Source: the human T2T-CHM13v2.0 reference genome, Homo sapiens
DNA: 64,000 bases
Strand: one strand, 5' to 3'
Assembly: GCF_009914755.1 (NCBI RefSeq)
Contig: NC_060925.1
The translations under genes and the position numbers were made by a program. Shown one piece after another: positions 54,991-64,000 of the stretch. The notes beneath the pieces were generated by a model. It ran no database searches. It was given only the letters and a program-made list of their open reading frames with translations, and was not told where the DNA came from. Each line of letters starts with the position of its first letter. Positions within the stretch are counted from its first letter, which is position 1.

Positions 54991-57253
54991 TGTTCAATGG
55001 GTTATTTTCATGGATAGCGAAATCATTGAATATGGTAGCAGTGGTGTAGTAGAAAAGACAAGTATGGATCAAACTCCTCCATGATTCATAGAAATGTCCA
55101 AGATGTCAGTAGAAGAGAATGACAAGGAGTGGCAGGGGGTTGTATAGGCTGATGCCATAAAATTCAAAACATGTCTTTTCATATAATCTCTTTTTATAAG
55201 GGAGGGGAAATAATGATCTCAAAGCAGCAATCTTCCAACCTAGCTGAGGTGGTGTTCAGTGAAGAGGTTACACTGTATTTGGTCAGGCATCACAGGATCA
55301 GTGAAGAGGTGGCACATGGTTAGGAGAACTGGGACATTCTGGTAGCCATTGCAATGCTGAGATATCTGTGTGAGCAGGATAGTGAGCCTGGAAACCTGTT
55401 CACCTCATATGTTGTAACCCTTGGCTAAAGAAGCTGTTGTGATTTCCTGGGACATGCTGATAGTTTGAAGTATGGCTATGGCAGCAGAGATGAGGAAGGG
55501 ACAGATTCTATGGATACTGAGTTGTAGCCTTGATCATACTTGGTGGTAGTATATGAGAATAACTTAAAAGAAGAAGTTAAATAGGACAACTTTCTCATGG
55601 GCAGCTGGAGTGATGGCGATGCATTCTCTGAACTAGGGAACCCAGGAATGCAGCAGGTGTGTGGTAGTCTCGGTTGGCTTCTATAGCTTCAGGTAAATCA
55701 GACATATGCCTCCTTTATCTAGCAGAGGGAGGACCCAGGGTCACAATTCCCAGCACCTTTGTTCCCAGGCCCTTATTCATCCAGGGTTAAGGTTTGGAAT
55801 GGATGGGTCTTTTGAATCAGCAGGGTGAACTGGAAGACCCTCAGCTAGATACTGAGATGACATATCTGCCTCCAATTAAGTTGGACTCCTTTTGAAGGCA
55901 GTAACAAAAATTATGCCAAGAGAATGGTGACTTGTGAAGTGGCCTGCTGGAAGGGAGCCAAAACCACTACACTTGTTTAATTTAGAGTGTCTGATCAGGA
56001 CATGGTTTGGTGCAGATGGGAGCCCACGGAACTCTACTGAGAGGTGGATTAGGGGCTGATAATTGATATTACTAACTTCCAAAAATTATTCAATTTAAAA
56101 TTCATCCAAAAAGATGTAATTACTTTTCATATGTTTGCTTGGTCATGTATCCAGTTGCAACTATATCAAGGCGGAAAAAGAAGAAAGCGGGAAGGAACAG
56201 AAAGAACAGAAGGAGACTAGCTTATTTTGAAGTTACCGTGCTGGTCAGAACTGTGCTGGCCCTCTCCACCCTGTTTTCTGTGGAATTGCCTTCTGCTCCT
56301 TGACTTTCCTGCCCACAAGGTCATCAGTCCTCTCTCACCTCCTTTCCGACATCCTTGCTTTTCCACAAGAGTCACACAAGGACTGTAGTAGAATCTGCCA
56401 AACTCTGTATCTTCAACTCTTCCAGATATCTTTACATTTGCTCAATCTGCTCCTCTTCCTCCTTATCCTGGCTCTCTGGCTTTCTGTGATTATATCATGT
56501 TCTCCATTCTCTTTCCTCTGGTTTCATGATTCAGCTTCCTTTTTCCTTTTCTTTTTTTTTTTTTTTACTTCTCAGATTTTTAGTTTGGTTTGGATTCTGA
56601 AGATCTTTCAAGACAGGGCTTTCAGAATCTTCCCTATGCTACCTAACCATTCTCACTGTGACTTCAGGTAAAAGGCATCCTAGTCCCACCCTACCCCTGA
56701 TCTGGGAGCCAAAAGATTGCAGAACTGGGCCAATCCCATGACAAGGGGTTGGAGTTCCAGTGTTGATTCCTATCACCCAGGGGCCTTATTGTAGAGTCCT
56801 ACCTAACATGATCCTTCCCCAGCAAGCACTCCTTTATCTAAATTTTGCCCTTTGCCATCTGGTTCTTTCTCATTCATCATACCATTAAACTAACCATCAG
56901 ACAAAATGTTGTACGTGATCCTTATGGACAAGATGGAGAAATGGGGACAGGGATTATATCTTGTTTATTTCTAAATCTCTCATAGTACACAACACATAAG
57001 AGATACTAAAAATTTGAACTAAAATGAATTTGATTGGATTAATTTGGAGGAAAGTAAAATCTTGTTTCACATACATGACTTATATTACTGGGGTTAGCAG
57101 CATAACCAAACCCAGAGATTGATATAAAACTGATGTAAAAATGCCAATCTAGGGTGAAGTCTCCAGTAATATGCCTAGGTCTCTGTTCTTAGCCTCAGGT
57201 CTTGTCCTGTTAAACACTTGCATTCCTGACTTAAATTAATACTTTAAAAGTAT

Positions 57254-57626
57254 TGATATGGTTTGGCTCTGTGTCCCTACCCAACTCTCACCTGGAATTG
57301 TAGTTCCCATAATCCCCATGTGTTGTGGGAGGGACCCAGTAGGAGGTAGTTTAATCATGGGGGTGGCTACCCTTATGCTGTTCTCCTGATAGAGAGTGAG
57401 TTCTTACGAGGTGTGATGGTTTTATAAGGGGCTTTCCCTCCTTTTGCTGAGCACTTCTCCTTGCTGACACCATGTGAAGAAGGATGTGCTTCCCCTTCTA
57501 CCATGACTGTAAGTTTCCTGAGGCCTACCAGTCATGCTGAAGTGTGAGTCAATTAAACCTCTTTCCCTTATAAATTACCCAGTCTTGGGTATGTCTTTAT
57601 TATCAGCGTGAAAATGGGCTAATACA
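57254..57626 (+). mobile_element. THE1D-like MaLR solo LTR
   Basis: TGATATGGTTTGGCTCTGTGTCCC...CTAATACA; perfect 5-bp TSD AGTAT. Confidence 0.93.
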
Positions 57627-57789
57627 AGTATGTACGCTAAAATTTCTGAGTGAAATTACTAAGCCTGTAGATAAGAGTATCCAAGAATCAAAATTATTAC
57701 AACAGACTGGAATAAAGGACTAAAATCAACAAGTTGTATTGTATCAGGGTAAGTGTAGAGGCTTTATTTTAAAATCTACCATAAGCTAA

Positions 57790-58610
57790 TATGGTATTCT
57801 GAAGAATCCTGGAATAGAAAAATATTAGTGGAAAAACTGGTGAAATCTGAATACAGTTCTGTGTTTTAGTTACTAGTAATGAACCAATGTTAATTTCTTA
57901 CTTTGGACACATCCTCCATGATTGTGTAAGATATTAACATTAGAGGAAACTGGGTGAAGGTGTTACCAGTGGAAGGTATCCAAGTCACGCAGGTCTACTG
58001 CAACCTCAATTCTTGCCTCCTCAGAAGAAAGAATTTGATTGAGGGGCATAAGGCAGAAGGAGAGACCAAGGCCAGATTTAGAGAATGAAAGTTTATTAAA
58101 AAGTTTTAGAGCAGGAATGAAAGGAAGAAAAGAAAGTACACTTGGAGGAGCCAAGAGGGTGACTTGAAAGACAAGTGCATGATTTGGCTTTCTGACTCAG
58201 GGTTTTATATGTTGACATACTTCTGGGGTCTTGCATTACTTTTCTCCTGATTCTTCCCTGGTGGGCTGTCTGCATGTGCATGCTTGAGCCCACTCACCCA
58301 CCTCCTGAGATCTTACTGGAAAGCTGTTGATTACCAGTTTCAGGTGTTTTCTATTAGGAGACTGCCTTTCCCTGGCACCAGCTGTGACCAATTATTACTT
58401 TAGAGAGACAATTAACAACAGCCTGACTATCACCTGATTGTCACCTGACACTCCTGGGGTGTGTGTGTGTGTGTGTGTAGGTGGGGAGCTCTCTCCTGCC
58501 CTGCTCATGCCTGACTAGCTACCTACTGTTACAAAGGGCATATGAACAATTTCTATATTATCTCTCCAACTTTCTATAAACCTAAACTTATTTCAAAATA
58601 AGAGGTTTAT
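57790..58610 (+). mobile_element. L1MC4-like 3'UTR fragment split by MER50
   Basis: TTAGTGGAAAAACTGGTGAAATCTGAATA...TTAACATTAGAGGAAACTGGGTGAAGG continuing as GCATATG after the LTR. Confidence 0.75.
57961..58533 (-). mobile_element. MER50-like ERV1 solo LTR
   Basis: TG...CA termini, 4-bp TSD AAGG, minus-strand AATAAA at ~58092, and GCCTCCTCAGAAGAAAGAATTTG MER4-group motif. Confidence 0.85.
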
Positions 58611-58887
58611 GCATGTTGTCACTTACAAATGACCGCTAAACACTGGGGTCTCATGGATATAAAGATGGCAACAATAGAAACTGGGGACTAGTAGATGGGA
58701 GGAGGGAGTGGGGCAAGGTTTGAAAAACTAACTATTGGATACTATGCTCAGTACCTGGATGATGCCATCAATTGTACTCCAAACCTCAGCATCATGCAAT
58801 ATACCCAGGGAACAAACCTGCATATGTACCTCCTGAATCTAAAAAAACATTGAAAAAAAAACAGAAATAAATTTAAATCAATTTTTT
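58611..58887 (+). mobile_element. L1PB4-like 3' fragment
   Basis: AAAGATGGCAACAATAG...TGAAAAACTAACTATTGG..ACTATGCTCA; perfect 15-bp TSD AAATAAGAGGTTTAT at 58596-58610 and 58888-58902. Confidence 0.88.
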
Positions 58888-59295
58888 AAATAAGAGGTTT
58901 ATTAAAAAGAGAATATCAGATAAATAAAAATATATTTATTTAAAGAACAGCAACAAAAAAATCTACTATAGAGAGGCCTGCCTGCCCAAAGAAGCTAATG
59001 TAAATTCTGACTTCATTTCTAGAGATCTAACATCCAGAGCAAGATAAGGCAATAGTCCTATTCTGCTGTACATGCTTAGATTCCCTGTGTAGTTTTATAT
59101 TCAGTGCTAGCATTTTAAGAAGAAAATAACAACCTAGATCATGTCCAAAGAAGAACAACAAAGAAGGTAAAAAGTTTGACACCATGGAGTATAAAGAAAT
59201 GTTGAATTCTCTGGGGGTAGGAGAAAAGAGAGATTAGTTTGGAGAAGAGAAGACTCATCAAGGGCATGTAGTCAGTGTCTTGATATGATTGTCTT

Positions 59296-59549
59296 ATTTA
59301 TTTATTTATTTTAAGACAGAGTCTCCCTCTATTGCCAGGCTGGAAAGCAGTGGCACAATTGTAGCCCAACAAAACCTTGAACTCCTGGGCTCAAGCAATC
59401 TCTCTGCCTCAGAGAAGCTGGGTCTACAGGCACACACCACCATGCTCAGCTAATTTTTTTTTTTTTTTTTTGTAGTAATGAGGTCTCCCTATATTGCCCA
59501 GGCTGGTCTTGAACTCTTGGCCTCAAGCAATGCTCTCAGTTTTTCAGCC
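59296..59549 (-). mobile_element. AluJ (AluJr-like), 5'-truncated
   Basis: CCTTGAACTCCTGGGCTCAAGC; flanked by TTGTCTT on both sides. Confidence 0.85.
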
Positions 59550-59769
59550 TTGTCTTGGTATCTTTATAGGCCTGACTATGAGCTAAAAGAGCAAGAACTT
59601 GCAAGGTAGGCCCAGAGGGTGGGGCTAGAATCAAAGAGAGGAAGTCACAGGGAGGGAGCTCTTTTGAGGATAGTGGGTCTTTCTTGTCACTGGGATGGAG
59701 CACGGCTGCTGAAGAGGTGTGTGAGCCGAGACTGAAAAGTGAAGTTTCTCGAACGTTAAAAGAAGATGC

Positions 59770-59810
59770 ACATGTACCCTAAAACTTAAAGTATAATAAT
59801 AAAAAAAGAA
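59770..59810 (+). mobile_element. Ultra-short L1PA 3'-end insertion (41 bp)
   Basis: ACATGTACCCTAAAACTTAAAGTATAATAATAAAA is the L1 terminus; perfect TSD AAAAGAAGATGC at 59758-59769 and 59811-59822 at a TT/AAAA site. Confidence 0.92.
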
Positions 59811-60149
59811 AAAAGAAGATGCTGGTTTTTACAGTTTAGGTCTTTGTCCACAGGAGATGATTAATATATTTGCTAAGTTTGAATGAAATCCCTATAATCT
59901 TTGGCAGCTCTAGAGATTCTTTTGAAGTGTTAAGATCAGAGAGGCCAATTTCTTAAGGTTTTCTTATGTCATTCCTATTATTATATATGTAGTCTTCGTG
60001 GTTTTCCTCCTGGTACTCTTGGCTAACAAAGATCTTTGCCTGTGGGAAGGAAAGCCAGCTAGACAGCGTCTTCTTATCAGGAAGGTAAGCTGCCACCAGC
60101 AGGGGAGGCTTAGAGATGTAAGGGTTAAGGGTCACAATGATCATACTGC

Positions 60150-60592
60150 CTCTTGCTTGGTTCCTAGCTTCCCTCAGGATACAGTCCAAATTCTTTAATT
60201 CGGCATTCAAGGCCCTCCTCACTTGGCTTCTACTTATTTCTCCTGCATCCTCTGTCACCACCCTTCCTATTTTTCTTAGGCTGACCCTGTGCTTTTATCA
60301 CAAGGAGCCATGCAACACTGTCAGGACACACCATAGCATCTCAGCCTCTTTACACATGTTTGATACTCAAGTAAAGATGCCTCCTTCCTTAAGACTTCGT
60401 TCACTCCCTTGTGCCCCTTCTCTGCCCACTACTTGTATTATACCAGATCTTACCTTTTTATTCATTTTTACATCTATGTCACCCATTATATTGTGTACTT
60501 TTCAGGGACAGAATGTGTTTTGTGTTAATCTTCTCTCCCCAGCATCCAACATAGAGCCTGGCAGGCAGAAGATGCTCACTAGATATTTGTAG
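60150..60592 (+). mobile_element. L2 remnant
   Basis: AGGATACAGTCCAAATTCTTTAA..GGCATTCAAGGCCCT...AGAGCCTGGCA...ATATTTG. Confidence 0.75.
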
Positions 60593-60964
60593 TGTTAAAG
60601 AACAGCTTTGCAAGGATTCACTAAATAATTATAAAGTTCACATAGACTTGGCTTCAAACTCCAGTTGCATTATGTAGACAAATTACTTAATCTCATTAAA
60701 TCTCCATCTTAAAAATGCAAATGGGAGAAGACAATACTTACATATCTCAGAATTTAAGTGCTACCTTCTAAATGAAATCTTACTCCCCAAACTGATCCTC
60801 TTTCCTGATTTAATTACTCCAATATTGTCTGTCTCTTCCTACCATAATGTAAGTCTCATGAAGACATGAATCTGTTTTCACTGCTGAATCCTCAGAGTCT
60901 AGATAATGCTAGTTACATGGTAGGTATTTAATAATAATAATACTCACATAATATTCTTCTGACC

Positions 60965-63683
60965 AATCTTGAGGCTATACATATGCACATAGGCAACACA
61001 ATATGAAAGGGAAAGTAAAGCAGACTTGAAAACTGTCCAAAGTTTGAACATACTTCCCTACTCACACACAGATCCACCAGCAGAAGATAGAAGCCTTACT
61101 GGCTTAGGGTGGCTGAACATAACCTCAGCCCAATAGTAGCTTACCTTTAACCTGCATAAACACAGGGTTGATTCCCTGGGAATTAAGGCTTAAAATAGGA
61201 AAGAAAAAACAAAACTATATAAAACTCAACAATAAGAAAACAAACAACCCAAATAAAAATGAGCCAAAGACCTTAACAGATACTTTACAAAAGAAGATAT
61301 ACAAATGGAAAATAAGCATATGAGAAGATGCTTTACATCATATGTCACTTGGGAAATGCAAATCGAAACAACAATGAGATACAGTACACACCTATTAGAA
61401 TGGCCAAAATCAAGAACACTGACAACACTACATGCTGGCAAGGATGTGGAGCACAGGTACTCGCATTCATTGCTAACTGGGAATGTAAAATGGTACAGCC
61501 ACTTTGGAAGACAGTTTGGTGATTTCTTACAAAACTAAGCCTACTCTTACCATACAATCCAGCAACTGGACTCCTTGGAATTTACCCAAAGGAGCTGAAA
61601 ATGTATGCCCACATGAAAACCTGAATGCTGATGTTTACAGCAGCTTTATCATAACTGCCAAAACCTAAAAGCAACTAAGATATCCTTCAATAGGTAGATA
61701 AGTAAACTGTATTATATCCAGACAATGGACTCTTATTCAGTGCTAAAAAATGAGCTATCATGTCATGAAAAGATATGGAGTAAACTTAAGTGCATGTCAC
61801 GAAGCGAAAGAAGCCAATCTGAAAAGGCTATACAAATTTCAACTATATGGCATTCTAGAAAAGACAAAACTATGGGGACATTAAAAAGATCAGTGGTTGA
61901 CAGGGGTTATGGGAAGGGAAGGATGAATAGGTGAGGTACAGATGATTTTTGGAACAATGAAACTAATCTGTATATATTAAAATGGTGGACACAGGCCATT
62001 ATAAATTTGTCCACACCCATAGAATGTACAACACCCAGAGTGAACTCTAAGGTAAATGATGGAATCTGGGTGTTAATGATGTGTCAACGTAAGTTCATCA
62101 ATTGTAACAAATGTAGCACTCTGGTGAAAGATTGTTAATAACAGGAGAGGCTATGCATGTGTAGGGGAAGGAAGTATATTGAGAAATTTCTGTACCTTCC
62201 TCTCAATTTTGCTGTGAAACTAAAACCGTTCTAAAAAAGAAAAGAGTATATTAAAAACAAACAAACAACAAACAAACTGAGCAGAGGCATCAGAGAAAGT
62301 TGCCAAGATAATTCCTGAGTAAAGATTAGTCTTTTCAACAAGCGGTGCTGGAAAAATTTGTTATCATGTGCAAATAAATGAACTTCGGCCCTTACTTTAT
62401 TCCACATAAAAAACTAACTCACAATGAACTATACACTTAAATGTAGGCTACATATATAAATATTTCAGAAGAATAACATAAAAGCAAATCATTGTGGCCT
62501 TCTGTTAGACAAGAGTTCTTAGATATGAGAAGATGCTCCACAGCATATGTCTTCTGGAAATTAAAACTGAAACAACAATGAAATACAATTACACACTTAT
62601 TAGATTGGCCAAAATCAAAAACACTGACAACACTAAATGCTGGCAAGGATTTGGTGCACAGGTACTGCCATTCATAATAGCACCAAAAGCATAATCCATT
62701 AAAAATTTGATAAATTGGACTTCAAATTTAAAGTTTTTATTCTTCAAAAGATAGATTAAGAGAATGAGTGAAAAGACAGGCATGGTTTGGAGGAAAATAT
62801 TTGCAAAACATATATCTGACAAAAGACTTGTGTTAGAATATATAAAGAACTCTTAAAACTCTTATGAGAACCCAGTTTTAAAAATGGGCAAATGATTTGA
62901 ACTGACACTTCACCAAAGAAGATTTATGAATGGCAAGTAAGCACATGAGAAAATGATCAATATAATTAGTCATAAGGGCAATACAAATTAAAACCATAAG
63001 GAGATATACCCACTAAAAGGCTATAATAAAAATTACAGATAATTCTAAGTGTTGGCTAGCATCTGGGAAAACTGTAACCCTCCTACATGGCTGATAAGGA
63101 TATAAAATGACACTACTATTTGGAACACAGTTTGACAGTTTATCTTTTAAAAGTTGAACAATAACATATTTCCTAATGATTTCACTCCAAGAAAAATGTA
63201 TTCATATGTCCACTCAAAGATAAGTACATGAATGATCATAGCAGCATTATTCATAATAAGTCCAAACCGAAATCCATCCAAATGTCCTTGAACTGGAGAA
63301 TAGGTAAACAAAATGTGGTATACCTTTCAATGGAATACTATTCAGTACTAAAAATGAACTACTGATACATGCTATAATATTTTTGAGGTTCATCCATATT
63401 ACGGTGCTAAGTGAAAAATGCAAGACGCATAAGATTCTGTTTTGAAATGTTCAGAAATGGCAAATTTATGGTGTCAGCAGATCGGCAGTTACCTGCGACT
63501 GGGACTGGAAGTGAGAATTAACAAGGGAACTTTTTGAGATGATGGAAATGTTCTAAAATCAAATTGTGGTAATAGTTACACAACTCTATAAAAATCATAA
63601 GGTACTAAAAATCATAAAATTATCCCCTTACAATGCATAAATTTTATACACTGCAAATTATACCTCAATAAAGCTATTAAAAC
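60965..63683 (+). mobile_element. Old L1M (5' fragment plus L1MB7/8-like 3' portion) with a nested L1MC1
   Basis: 5'-type segment at ~60965-61215; ORF2 C-terminal relics from ~62295 (SLFNK.CWK); 3' end TACCTCAATAAAGCT. Confidence 0.75.
61217..62265 (+). mobile_element. L1MC1-like 3' portion
   Basis: CATCATATGTCA, GAATGGCCAAAATC, GAATGTACAACACCCAGAGTGAACTCTAAGGTAAA; flanked by degenerate AAACAAA(A)CT. Confidence 0.85.
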
Positions 63684-64000
63684 AATAGTAAAAATATCTT
63701 TCTCATGATGTCCTTATCTTAAATGGCAGATCACGGTTTTAAATACATGTTCAAAGGGGTTTTGTTCAGTAGGTTTAAAAGGGGCTACTGGTAACAAAAT
63801 AAAATGCATTCTTGGATGATATAATTAGTACCAGTAACAACTATGGCCATAGTGATTGATAGTTCTAGCACTAAAAATTCAAAATCTTCCTTCCTGCCTG
63901 CTCTCCCTGAGATCTAGATGCTGGCATGTTTAGCCTTCCCACTTGTAATTATCCTCCCTTCGAATTGGAATAAGGATTAACTAATTATACTGATGCCTTC

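Larger units (their letters stand above)
56915..59715 (+). mobile_element. L3/CR1 RT and 3' remnant fragmented by five younger insertions
   Basis: Decayed CR1 RT blocks in the expected order: V.S..P.GSVL..VL.N.....L (~57150-57240), I...L.RLE (~57680), K.AN and VQRR.T....Y.E.L...SLEKRRL (~58985-59260). Confidence 0.65.

Noticed and set aside
57347-57357. DUX4 site in the THE1D LTR
   Set aside because: It reads TAGTTTAATCA, so the first TAA core is mutated.

Overview
Repeat-rich primate (almost certainly human) genomic DNA with no recognisable multi-codon exon of a known protein-coding gene. It looks like the interior of very large introns or intergenic space. Most of the window is transposable-element sequence: a full-length L1PA2-like LINE-1 (intact ORF1, dead ORF2, open ORF0) inserted in the tail of an Alu that sits inside a MER44 DNA transposon; several older L1M elements with internal deletions and nested insertions; about 9 Alu/FLAM copies; MaLR, ERV1 and ERVL LTRs; and many L2, MIR and L3 relics. 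The best non-repeat signal is a candidate 9-nt minus-strand microexon (25256-25264) with the upstream architecture typical of SRRM3/4-regulated neural microexons. It lies about 3.5 kb downstream of the L1 antisense promoter, whose ORF0 donors would join it without a stop codon. Other notable items are a 41-bp L1 insertion with a perfect TSD and a 153-bp copy apparently templated from a neighbouring L1. I see no prokaryote-type novel system. Subfamily names come from recalled consensus features rather than a database search, and boundaries of old repeats are approximate.
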